Shown in pieces: positions 9,301-20,022 of a DNA stretch of 24,346 nt. A model generated the notes under the pieces. The model had not been told where the DNA came from and did not search any database. It saw nothing but the letters and a program-made list of their open reading frames with translations. A program made the position numbers and the translations under genes. Positions within the stretch are counted from its first letter, which is position 1. Each line of letters opens with the position of its first letter. Origin of the DNA: Catajapyx aquilonaris (taxonomy: Eukaryota); NCBI GenBank assembly GCA_000934665.2, contig JYFJ02001221.1, positions 62,001 through 86,346 of the forward strand, read 5' to 3'.

Positions 9301-12300
9301 ACCTGAAACCCATACACGTTCAACTTGGGATAGCGTTGATAGCTACAGTGACATTGAATCTTTATCTGCTGTGGTGATGTATGTTATGCCCATTACAAAT
9401 CACATCTACCTGAGCCTCAAGCCTTCCCTACTGAGCACCCTCCCTCCTAAGCCTTGGCCTGGCCAACTCAAACCAGGCCAGGTAGTGAACTGTGAAGTTG
9501 CACAGGTCACCACACGTGGCACTATCTTGAAGGTGGAGAAGGCTATGAGAGGATTTGCTACCATGAAGCATTCTTCCGATTCTACTTTTTGCAATGCCAT
9601 GCAACTTCGACAGGAGTTGAAGCCTGGTGCAACAAAGCCCTGCCGTGTGTTTCAATATGATTATTTTGACCAAGTATATGTGTGCAGCCTGAAAAGTTCG
9701 GTGGTTAAGTCGATCATGATGACACTTGAAGATGCTAAAATTGGGCAAAAGGTCAAGGCATCTATTGTGAGCATGGTTGAGAATGGTGGTGCAGTAGTCA
9801 GAATTGGCAGCATGAAGAGTGCTGAAGGTGTCAATGGTTTCATCCCAAAAAGCCACTTGTCAGATTTGCCATTGAGTCGACCTCAGGACCGATTTCAAGT
9901 AGGTCAAAAGGTAGCTTGTCGAGTTCTCCAAGTTGATCCTCAGAAACATCGACTTCATTTGACTGCCAAGCCATCTTTAGTTTCCTCAAAGCTGAAGATT
10001 ATATCTGCGTTTGACCAAGCGCAAGTGGATGATGTTGTTCTTGGGACCATTTTTATGATGAAGGAAACAGGTGTGTTTGTTTCACTGTACGGTGATGTCA
10101 AGGGTTGGATACCCGTCTCCAAACTAAGCTCTGAACATGTGGAATCCCCGGAGAAGAATTTTTATGTGGGACAGACTCTGAAATGCCGCATCGTAAGTTT
10201 GGATTCTTCCAAGAACCGAATGGTATTATCATGCAGGATGAAGGATGCCAATAAGGTTGAGAAACAACCAAATTTTGGAGATGTCATCCAATGCAACGTT
10301 ACACACGTGTTTAAAGACGGATTGCAGGTATGTTTTGATTTATTGTTATGTAAGGCTACTTTGCTTTTTCAAATCCATTGCCATGAAAGCAATCGATTAA
10401 ATTTCTATAATTCCAAGTTTGGACTCTGCATGAGATAAATTATTGCACAGCAAGAGCTATGTTTCAGTGAGTGCAAAGAGAAATGAAATATGTGCAGAAA
10501 ATAAATGGTAGTTTTAATTATCTTCCAAGAAAAAGGGTATTTGAATGTATTGTTATGGACTACGTTGGTATTGACTTTTTCGCTTTTTCATCATGATACA
10601 TTCTTGCAGATAAAATCTACTGAGAATGGTGCCACATACTTCCTACCTGCCGTGCACCTTGGGGATTATCCTAGCCTCACAAGCCTGATGATAGGCACAT
10701 ATACACCTGGAGATGCCCTGAAAGTTGTTTGCTACCAAACAGGGGGTCAATCTGTGTGGGTGACACTGAAGCCAAGTGTGGAGGACTTCATTAAGAAGTG
10801 CCAAGCGGAAGGACTGGAGGGAATGAAGGACTTGAAGGAAGGAACAATCATCACTGGGACTGTGGCTAGCAAGAAGGACTATGGCATGTTCCTGAAGGTA
10901 CCCATGGTCAAACTAAACAAGTGGCTTCTAGTGCACATCAGGGTAAGTTCAGTTGATTGACAGTTTGTTTCTTGTAAGGGAGGGGATATATTGCCTGAAT
11001 CCATGTACCTTGTAGATGAGGTTGCATATAATAATAATAATAATAACAACAACAACAACAATAATCCTGGGTAGTGCTTTCACCCTATTAGGGTCTATTG
11101 CACGGACCTTTATTTAATCCGTTCGTACAGTCATGGTACCGGTACCTATTTAGTGTAACGTCCACGCCCACGGGCAGGGTGACTGGGAGGGGATGTGCAA
11201 AGTGCAGTGCAATGTCCAGGGTGAGGTCATTTTGTGAACTCCCCGGGTGGTTAGTCTAAGGAGTCCCACCTGAGACGAAGCCAGAGATGGCCGAAACTCT
11301 GCACGAGATGAAGGGGGAACCCCTGGCTGGGTTCGAACCCGGGACCTTACCATCCCTGGGCGCCGCAGCGCCACTCTGCCTCCCAGGTGAGGTTGCATAT
11401 AGGTTGCAGATATAATCTGTTCATTATTGTCTGCAACATATTTTCAACCTCACCTTGAAGGCATACGCTTGCACTGTACAGAGCTTAGTATGGGGTATCT
11501 GAAAGAAAATTTATTTATAAATAGTGTTTCTTCATGAAGAGGCTCTTGAAATGGAGAGCCCAGGTTGCTACAAGACTGAACTTTCAAAATGATTTGTTTC
11601 AGAATTTGTCAAGTTCTTTCATAGAAAGTATGGATACTGCTGACATCCAGATTCATCAGACAGTAATGGCCAAAGTGCTGGAGGTTGATGCAGAATCTGA
11701 GAGAGTGTCTTTGACTGCAAGCCTGGAGACTTTCTGGGACCCAAAAGACAAGGGTGTGGCCTTTCTTGAGGGCTACCTCCACAATTGGCATAGAATCTTG
11801 AGCCATGCTTGGCCACAAGATGAAGTTAGACAGAAACTTGTAAAGCACAAGATGGGAAGTTTTATCAGGGGAACTGTTACAAAGGTGACCCTTCAGGGAG
11901 TATTGCTGAAACTGGAGGATGATGTGGATGCCATTGTAACTTCACATCACATTGGAGGTATGTTGAGTTACAGTGATTCATTATCAACGTTTCCATATTA
12001 GGAAAAAGATTGTACAGTACATGTTGCATGTGACAGTTTGACGTGGGTTGTACTTTCCCTGTAATGAACGTCTTCTTACCAAAAATTTCACCAAAATGAA
12101 AAGAAATAATCACTGTCAAGTCCCTGTACTGCACAATCACCTGTTCAAATTTTGAACAATTTGGTGTCTGTTGTCATGAGTAACAGCTACTAGATTTGGA
12201 CTTTGCAGTTTTTTCCCCCTGGGGTGGATCAAGTCACGAAAGTAACACGGATAGTTTAATTTAGATGTGTGGTCATTGTTACTTGCAGTAGGACGTCATC

Positions 12301-15300
12301 TTACATTATTTAGTGTAGCAAACTGTTGGTAAATAAGAGCTAATTGAAGCACTTGTGATGCAGATGCTAGCCTTGAAGAAGGGAATGTGGTGAAAGGAGT
12401 GGTCATCTTTATTGATGTAGCAGAAAATTGTTTGGAGGTCTCCCTTCAGCCAAAGGTTTTGCTGCGGGCCAAGCAGAAAAAGAAAGGTAATGTTTGTGTA
12501 TCTCCAGCATGGTTATTGTTGTTACATATTCCATCCTCTTGTTTTTCCAGATAAGGCAGCCAAGCTGAAAGAAGGACAGGCAGTTATTGGGGAAATTGTT
12601 GTTGTCAAACCACACTTGGCAATTCTTCATGTGAATGAAACAGGTCACCTGGTATATTTGCCTGTCCGCAAGCACATAAATGATTTTGTACCTGATACAG
12701 ACCAGTTTAAGCTGGAAGAGAATGTCAAAGCTGTTGTCAGGAGGTAAAGGTACATTAATATGTTAACAATCATACTTAACCTAACCTAATGTATATCTTG
12801 CCAGCACTGTCATGGACATGGTCATAGCTACGTTGGATCTGAAAGCCACAAAGAAGAAAATGAAACGAAAATTAAAAGCTGCACCTGAGAAAAGTAACAA
12901 GAAAGTGAAGCAGTCGCCAGAAGTAAACAAGGAAAAGAAGGCCAAGGTGGAGCAGAAGGTTGCCATAACTGCAACAGAGACATGGGTGGAGCAGAAGGTT
13001 ACCATAACTGCAACAAAAAGGAAGGCTAAGGCTTCTGAAGCTGAAGTCAAAAGCAAGAAGGTCAAGAAGTTGAAGGAAACCTCCATAGAAAAGGCAGTGA
13101 AGCAGGAAGATGACAGCACTGGCAAGGGGAAAGAGAAAAAGTGTGCCACAACAATAGCCCCACATTTGGATCTCAGTTCTGGCTTTGTATGGGATCAGGA
13201 TGTTCCTTTTACCCAGCTGACAGAGGTGAAGAAAGAAGATGAATCATCAGATGATGAAGAGGAAGAAGTAAAGGTGGGCAGTTTATCAGTCTGAACAGAA
13301 ACTGCAAATCATTGGCTTCTTGACCATCTTGACAGCCAGACAGATTCTGATGTATTGTACTGGCTACTGACTTTATTTCATTAACCTTTTCAGACCAAGA
13401 AACTGAGCAAATCTGAACGTGAGTCCCTGGAAAAGCAGGAAGAACTGGAGACAGAAGAACGTGAACGCCAGTTGATGGATGCTGAGAGAGACCCCCAAAC
13501 CTCAGAAGACTTTGAACGACTAGTGATGGGATCGCCAAACAGCTCCATATGCTGGACCAAATATATGGCCTTCCTGTTGCAGGCCACAGAGATAGAAAAG
13601 GCTAGAGCCGTTGCCAAAAGAGCCCTGGCCACCATATCCTTTAGAGAAGAAGGAGAGCGGCTTAACGTTTGGTTTGCACACCTCTCGATGGAGAACCTGT
13701 ATGGCAGCCAGGACTCTTTCAATAAATGCTACGCAGAGGCTCTGCAGGCTAATGATGCCCTGAAGGTGTACAAACATGTGGCTAACCTATTTATTTCTAG
13801 TGGAAAGATTGAGGTGAGTTTGGTTCTTGAGATGTCAAGCTTAAGAAAATTGCTACTGGCAGAATGTTTGTGAATTGTTACAATGGTGCTCTGTTGATTT
13901 GTGTTACAGTTTAGTATTTCTCCAAACTTCTGTGAATTGTAAATCACAAAATAATTATAAGAGAGATATTTTTGGATCTGGAAGTTTCCATTAAGATGAA
14001 AAATACTCTTGAAAATAGGTGTTTATTTTCCCAGTTGTGAAAATTATTGCTCATTGATAGTGAATGATTTAATCATGAGACTTATCCTTGATTTACAGCA
14101 AGCAGAAAAAGTGTACGAGACGACAAGGAAGAAGTTCAAGGCAGACAAGGAAGTATGGATTGACTTCGGGCTCTTCTACTTCCAGCAAGGGAAGCCAGAG
14201 GAGGCCAGGAAGATTATGCAGAGAAGCTTGCTCAGCCTACCAAACAGGGAACGTGAGTGATTGATTGCAGTTTTTTCGGTTTGGGGTTCTTAGAAGGTGT
14301 GGACTGGGCTGGAAAAAAGATCAGTTCATGTTCAATGTATTGCAAAATGTTATATGAAGGACATATTTTATCAAAACACTATACAGATTCTGTGATGATT
14401 TTAATGCTTTCCGTGACCATGTAAAGTTAGAAAAATTGAGATTTGATACTTTTCAAATCCACATTTTATGTTTGGGAATCAAAATACACAAAAACTGACT
14501 TTAATTTTTTTAAATGTCATTCAAAAATGATTGGGACTCCAATTCTTTTCTGCACACTAACCATTTCATGGGACAAAATAAATTCAGGGTACATGAGGGT
14601 ATTTCCTCCCAATGTCTATGTACTGTTGCCTCCATTCCGGCAATTTTCGTATTGCTGCAGAAAACCATTCTTTGGGGGGTACCCTGGTGCCACTCGTGGA
14701 CAACCGACTGAAGCTCGTCGTTGGAGATGAACTTGTGACAGCGCACTCTTTCATTGCATCAGGCAGAGCATAGTCACTAGTCGCAAGATCTAGTGAATAT
14801 GGAAGATGAGGCAGCACGGTGTACCCTAGAGCCTTCAGGATATCAGTGGTGGAGCGACTGACATGTGGCTCCGAATTGTCGTATCATGACCTCTATGGTA
14901 CACTGTGCTGCCTCATTCTCCATAGTTGCCGGATCTTGAGACTAGAGACTATGTTCGGATCTACCCAATGAAAGAGGCAGTGCACTATCACTAGTTCACC
15001 TCAAACAACGAGCTTCAGTTGGTTGTCCACGAGTTGTGCTGGATACCCCCAAAGAATGGTCTTCTGCACTAATATGGAAACTGCCGGAACGGTGGCAACA
15101 GTGCATACACATTGGCAGGGAATACCCTAATGTACGTGCATTCATTTTGTCCCATTAAGTGGTTAGTGTGCAGAAAAAAATTGGGAGTCCCAAGCATTTT
15201 TGAACGAGCTATAGGAACAACTGCATTGCAAATTATTGCATTATGAACTGAAGTCAATCCTGCAAATCATCTGTTGAGTTGCTTGCAACCTATTACTGAT

Positions 15301-18226
15301 GCTGCACAGTGGTGGTGGGTTTTGTTGTTGTGGGCTTACTGGAAACAGGTACTGTACCAAAGTAATTATCACCAAGCAGCAAGCAGCTTTGTCTATTGGC
15401 AGGGCTACCCAAGTCAGACAGGTCTTTGGGATAGGAGACAGACTAAGAGTGATATCAATCTTTCCTCTCTTCTTTTTCCTCTTGGTTTTTCTCTCCATCC
15501 TTTGTGTCTTCTTATAGCCAGATAGTCATAGTTGCTTTGGCTCCTTCCTAAGAAACCAAACCAAACCAAGCAGCATGGGATAAAGGAAAGGAAGAGAACT
15601 CAGTTGAGTATGACACAACATCATATGGGAGAGGGAGGTTTTGAGAATGGGGATAAATGGGCGAACCTTGAGCAAACCTGCACAAACATAGAGCTTCATT
15701 ACATGGACTGTTGCATCACTTCTATTTGAAAACATTGGATGGACCCCCCTGCCCTGTAGTAACAAGTTACATATTGGGCCTCTGAGAGCAGTGGAGTCTC
15801 TGTCACCGCTTCTCCCTCTCCTCCTCCCAACCACCACCTACTCCAAAATCCAGTAAGTTGGATGATATTGGAAAGTGCTGAAGTTGGAAGAAAGAAGATC
15901 CAGTGATATGGAAGGAGTAATCCGCTTAAAACTGAACATTGGGCAGGTAAAAGGTGGATCAACTCAGGGCAGCAACTTCCTATGCATCTCGAGTTGGGTG
16001 TCCTTTTTCACAAGTTATATGCCAATGATGCTGCTCCATAACCTGCACACCTTTCTGAACCGTTTCAAATGGGCAGCATGTAATGCAGCTCGTAGAGAAC
16101 CCCAAGAAACTTCACCTCTACCTAGGGATTGACTTGGGACCTCAGCAATAGAAGGCTGTGACATTAACTAGGACACCACCATGCTGCCCCTGCAATGGTG
16201 ATGGTAATGTGGACTGCAAGCAGTCAGAATTGCATTGTATTGATAATAATCATTGCTGCATGCAATGGGACAGAATCCAGGAAGAGATTTGCCAATTTTG
16301 ACTCCATTGTGGAGATAGCTGACTAATTTTTTTCTGTTACTCATGGAGATTAGGGAATTTCCTTAAACTCTGATGCCACAGTAATGATGGAGACAGCATA
16401 ACCAGCAAGATATGTCATCATTTCCAGAAGTTATGGAGGAAAACAGACTCACATGTGCTTATTTATTCATATGTTACAGAGCCAAAGTTTCCAATATCAA
16501 ATAGGACAACATTATCAGAGACTTCCAAAGGAATACATATTGCATGGGAAATGTAGACCTTTCTCACCACCTTGTATAGTAGAATGAAATACCCGGCATT
16601 CAGAATTGATTTTCCTGTGTGTGGATTTGTTCCAATGTTTAAAAAATACAATGTGATACAAAGCATTATTGGATGAGAATCTTTTCCTTCGGGATTTCAT
16701 TGTCTTGACTAAATAGCTAGCCAATGGAGGACATAATTGAAATGACTTTTTTCGAGGGCGACACGGTGGCGGAGTGGTTAGCGCCACAGCCTTCCACCTC
16801 TAAGGTCCCAAGTTCAATCCCTGGTTCAGGCAGAGGATACTTATGTGGATAGAGTTTCGATGGGTTCTCTCCGTGTTAGCGTGGGTTTTCTTGGGGTTCT
16901 CCCGTTTCCTCCCCCTATCAAAATCCATCACATTACAGGCAAATGATTCAAGTCGGTGAATTAAAATATGATCCCCGAAAAAGCCCAATGAAGCTTATCA
17001 AGGGGTATCCATTATTATTATTATTAAATGCGTTTCTTCATACACAAAGTTGTTTTTTAATAAGCTTGCTTGTAATCTGGCATAATATAAGGACAAAGGC
17101 CAGTCCAAGTTTGTGACATACATTTTTGATTTTATGAGTGTTTTGTGGAATGTCAGTATTAGATAATAATAATAATAATCCGGGGTAGTGCTTGACCTTA
17201 TCTGAGGTATGCAGCACGGACCTTTATTTATTACATCAAGTACATTTGAGCCTTTTTACGTAGCGCCCGGGCCCACGGGCAGGATGACAGGAGGGGATGT
17301 GCAAGGTGCAGTGCAATGTCTTAATGTGGCCATTTTTAGTGAACTCCCCCGGGTGGTTTAGTCTGTGGAAATACCACCCAAGACTCTGCACGAGATGAAG
17401 GGGGTGTCCCCGGGTTGGGATCGAACCCGGGACCTTAACATCCGTGGGCGCATAAGTTACCGCAGCACCACTCCGTCTCCCCTTATGTCAGTATTAGATA
17501 CTGCCATTCTATATTGCCAGCACTGAGAATGTGATTTGTTGTGTTGGTAAAGAAGTAGGCCATTCACATAGTCAGGGACACTCTTGTCTAGTAGTCACTG
17601 TAATTGTGAGAAGTTTCCAATGCTCCCTTTTGGAAAATAATTGTGCATAATCAAAGGTACACATGAAGAGCCAACCCCTTGGGGAGGAAGACAGAAAGAA
17701 TAGTAGCAAGAAAGAACCTATTGATGCAGCAGAATGTTATTGTAATAAATTGTTTCCTATTGCTGTGGCAGATATTGCAGTTCTGAACAAATTTGCTCAC
17801 CTGGAATTTCAAATGGGCAGTGCAGAAGTTGGGAAGACCATGTATGAGCAGATCTTAAGCACTTATCCAGCCCGAGTAGACTTATGGAACGTTTATGTGG
17901 ATGCCCTTGTGAAGTCTAATGACATTGATGGTGCCAGGTTAGTATCCTTTTCTTAATGCAAAATATTTACTGTTACTTCACTTACACATTATATTTTTCT
18001 TCTATTCAGATCAGCCTTGGAGAAGGCGTCTAGCTTGAATTTGCGTCCTAAAAAAATGAAGAGTGTGTTTAACAAGTTTTTGAAATTTGAGTCTCAATTT
18101 GGGACGCCTGAATTACAGAAGAAGGTGAGGGACAAGGCCAAGGCTTATGTGGAAAGCAAGGCAGGGGACAAGGCTTCTGATGATGAAGAGGAGGTCAAGG
18201 AAGAGGTCAAAAATGAAGACATGTGA
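6101..18226 (+). CDS. RRP5: rRNA biogenesis protein RRP5 / PDCD11, 1458 aa; 13 coding exons: 6101-6334, 8069-8236, 8401-8868, 9251-10327, 10610-10942, 11603-11957, 12364-12486, 12551-12743, 12805-13273, 13394-13813, 14099-14252, 17772-17937, 18010-18226
   Basis: N-terminal DFPRGG, tandem S1 domains (SVEDHGYVMDLG; GFIPKSHLSD), and C-terminal HAT/TPR region (DFERLVMGSPNSSICWTKYMAF; ISFREEGERLNVW; YPARVDLWNVY; PKKMKSVFNKFLKFE). All introns GT-AG with matching phases; total 4377 nt. Confidence 0.96.
6555..7087. mobile_element. Fold-back (fully palindromic) MITE with Tc1/mariner-like CAGG(G/A)TG ends
   Basis: Arms ~6555-6810 and ~6837-7087 are reverse complements (atgcaggatggtcggtaaatgg / ccatttaccgaccaccctgcat; ctactgtatacgcctc / gaggcgtatacagtaa); ~26-nt spacer. 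Confidence 0.88.
8069..8236 (+). CDS. RRP5: RRP5 exon (S1 domain)
   Basis: ttccag| ... |gtaagt, phase 0/0. Confidence 0.92.
8401..8868 (+). CDS. RRP5: RRP5 exon (S1 domains)
   Basis: ttttcag| ... |gtaata, phase 0/0. Confidence 0.93.
9251..10327 (+). CDS. RRP5: RRP5 exon (several S1 domains)
   Basis: ctttcag| ... |gtatgt, phase 0/0. Confidence 0.95.
10610..10942 (+). CDS. RRP5: RRP5 exon
   Basis: cttgcag| ... |gtaagt, phase 0/0. Confidence 0.92.
11031..11384 (-). mobile_element. tRNA-derived SINE, family A copy 1
   Basis: Minus-strand A box TGGCGCTGCGG and B box GGTTCGAACCC; (ATT/GTT)n tail; 17-bp TSD ag(a/g)tgaggttgcatata at 11014-11030 and 11385-11401. Confidence 0.92.
11603..11957 (+). 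CDS. RRP5: RRP5 exon
   Basis: gtttcag| ... |gtatgt, phase 0/1. Confidence 0.92.
12364..12486 (+). CDS. RRP5: RRP5 exon (ASLEEGNVVKGVVIFID...), not in the ORF track
   Basis: atgcag| ... |gtaatg, phase 1/1, S1-like sequence. Confidence 0.88.
12551..12743 (+). CDS. RRP5: RRP5 exon
   Basis: ttccag| ... |gtaaag, phase 1/2. Confidence 0.9.
12805..13273 (+). CDS. RRP5: RRP5 exon (Lys/Glu-rich linker, GFVW motif)
   Basis: ttgccag| ... |gtgggc, phase 2/0. Confidence 0.88.
12946..13015 (+). repeat. In-frame 39-bp tandem duplication in the RRP5 linker
   Basis: ggtggagcagaaggtt(g/a)ccataactgcaaca at 12946 and 12985 (VEQKVAITAT / VEQKVTITAT). Confidence 0.9.
13394..13813 (+). CDS. RRP5: RRP5 exon (HAT/TPR start)
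   Basis: ttttcag| ... |gtgagt, phase 0/0. Confidence 0.95.
14099..14252 (+). CDS. RRP5: RRP5 exon (HAT/TPR)
   Basis: tttacag| ... |gtgagt, phase 0/1. Confidence 0.93.
14513..15211. mobile_element. Mariner (DD34D)-derived fold-back element made of two inverted 3' ends, with decayed transposase fragments
   Basis: ~320-bp arms are reverse complements; symmetric TA at 14511-12 and 15212-13. The minus strand reads DNSEPH...VLPHLPYSLDLATSDY (34 residues between the two D) and, after a frameshift, IRKLPEW. Confidence 0.93.
16090..16190 (-). mobile_element. Decayed tRNA-derived SINE head related to the 16756 element (3' extent uncertain)
   Basis: Minus strand GGGCAGCATGGTGG...CACAGCCTTC...AGGTCCCAAGTCAATCCCT aligns with 16756-16822. 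Confidence 0.7.
16756..17025 (+). mobile_element. tRNA-derived SINE, family B, with V-domain-like core
   Basis: A box TGGCGGAGTGG, B box GTTCAATCC, core gttctctccgtgttagcgtgggttttcttggggttctcccgtttcctccc, (ATT)5 tail; weak aaatg direct repeat at the flanks. Confidence 0.88.
17166..17482 (-). mobile_element. tRNA-derived SINE, family A copy 2
   Basis: Homologous to 11031-11384; B box GGTTCGATCCC; (ATT)n tail; perfect 16-bp TSD atgtcagtattagata at 17150-17165 and 17485-17500. Confidence 0.92.
17772..17937 (+). CDS. RRP5: RRP5 exon (HAT/TPR)
   Basis: ggcag| ... |gttagt, phase 1/2; the junction gives H-IAVLNKFAHLEF. Confidence 0.93.
18010..18226 (+). CDS. RRP5: RRP5 terminal exon
   Basis: tattcag|, phase 2; ends at TGA 18224-18226. 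Confidence 0.93.
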
Positions 18227-18284
18227 AGTGTCTTTGAAAATTAATTTCAAATGTGTTGGGGTCTCACAGTCAGTGAAGGTTTTT

Positions 18285-18509
18285 AATAAATTTTAAACTG
18301 AAGATTTTCTAGTGTCTGTTCTACATGCAACATCCTCACTCATCATTAGTATGTAGATTATACATTGTTAGTGATTTTGTGTATCTTGATAAGAGAATGG
18401 TATATTTTAGGCACCGACGTGGTAATCATAATTGCACAAATACTGTTGGATTTTTTTAAATGTAATAAAATAATTTTTGCTGTGGATTGGTAAGTGAAAG
18501 ATTAATAAA
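18285..18509 (+). terminator. Candidate RRP5 poly(A) signals
   Basis: AATAAA at 18285, 18464 and 18504. Confidence 0.55.
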
Positions 18510-19499
18510 GGTATAATTATATGTGAAAAATAATTGTTGGAAAATTTCTTGGCATTTGGATAATGGAGTGTGACATTAAGATCCCTTCATTGTGCCTCGG
18601 CTTCCTATTGTGGCCCAGTGGGCTTCACTTCCTTGCCTGGAAAGGATGATAATGAGTCTTGTGTTTAGGTGGGAGGAGAGAGAAAGAAGGGGAAGGCATA
18701 AAGAATGTAGGTACAGTCGAGTGGATGCAGGTAATATCGAGGACTAAGTGGGGACCCACTTACCTCATTCTTGCATCACTCTGCAATCCCACCAGACCGC
18801 TATTATGAAACCCATCAGGTATAAGGAGAGGACCTTTTTTTTTCTTCAAAGTTTGGTATGGATGTGGGTGGGTGGGTGGATGAGAGGGGGAGGGGGGGCA
18901 TCCCAGACATCTCACCATCACCTCTGCATGACTAGTTTTTGGCGGGTCAGTGGGAAATGAGGCTGCCCAATTCCTACTAACTGATGAATGGCCTCGCTTT
19001 TATCTTTGCCGATTAGGAGTTCCTTCCGTTTGATACCGAAGCAAATTCTAAGGTTAGACCATTTCAAGGGAATTGGCTCCGACATGCACTAGTGATCAGC
19101 GGCATGCATGTACCAGGGTGTTGCACGTGACCCATTACAACTTTTAGCCTGGGAAAGACCCATGCACACCAATGCTATGGAGTGTTTTAATATTAATTAA
19201 GAGTTATTTGTATGGTATGGACCTATGCAAATATTAGCTATTGCTTACCACTTTTCCTCATGTTACACTTGTACTTTTCTTTTTTGTGTACATAGGGCTG
19301 CGGTTGAGATGTTGAAATTAACAATTATTGCACCTTGCCTCATATAAGTCGTACATAATTTTGGACAGGTGTCGTGTGATCTACATTTCAGCTGGTGCAC
19401 TAGTATGCCATGATGAGCAGACCTACACTTAGGGTGAACTTGACCCTATATTTAGACAACCTGAATGTTATGACCCACCCTTCCCGTTTTTAACTTGTC

Positions 19500-20022
19500 T
19501 TGCTGACGTGTGCTAGGATATGAGGATAGCCGTCCCAAGACGAACAACTCCACGAAAAAAGGGGGTCGGTGTACCCGCCTGCAGGGGGTAGCAATAAAAG
19601 TGGGGCGTCGCCTTTAATCACGTGGATTTTAGCTGCCAAGGGAACGGGGTCAAGCATCCCCAACAGCCATCCTTTTCTTTCTTCGCCCCTTCTACTTGCC
19701 TACTTGCTCCTTTGCTCATGGCCTACCTACCTGCCCAATCTTCGCATAACCCCTTCTCTTCCTGACGCCCCCAGCAAAGAACTTGACTTTTCCGTTCCCA
19801 CCTGCCATTTCTAGACCTTGGCATTCAACCGCAGAAAATTCGCGCTTTTCTGCACTCATCCCTCTGAATTTATTTGTATATAAAAAAACCCCGGCGTCTT
19901 TGACACCACATCTTTCAAAAGTTTGGTTCAGTTTTGTGGGAATACGACCACAGTAATAGATTGCTCGGAAGTGGTTTTTGAGGATGCACACGACTGGTGA
20001 CTTATTGTTGAAAAACAATTGG
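19500..20022 (+). promoter_or_regulatory. Candidate promoter and non-coding first exon of an unidentified downstream gene
   Basis: Abrupt switch to CpG-rich sequence; CACGTG 19619; TATATAAA 19877; TCAGTT 19928; strong donor gg|gtgagt 20023. Confidence 0.45.

Noticed and set aside
11290..11384. tRNA-like sequences with A/B boxes (also near 16756 and 17400)
   Set aside because: These are SINE heads with bodies, tails and flanking repeats, not intact tRNA genes.
11388..11413. let-7-like look of tgaggttgcatataggttgcagatat
   Set aside because: The seed differs (GAGGTT vs GAGGTA) and a 4-nt insertion is needed; let-7 is nearly invariant.
12775..12789. (CCTAA)2 resembling the arthropod TTAGG telomere repeat
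   Set aside because: Only two units, located at the intron branch-point position.
17942..17951. Perfect U12-type donor GTATCCTTTT 4 nt inside the last RRP5 intron
   Set aside because: Using it with AG 18009 or 18014 shifts the frame, and there is no good U12 branch site near the acceptor. The U2 donor at 17938 gives the conserved protein.
18981..19045. CTGATGA hammerhead-core motif
   Set aside because: No correctly placed stem II-GAAA or cleavage triplet.
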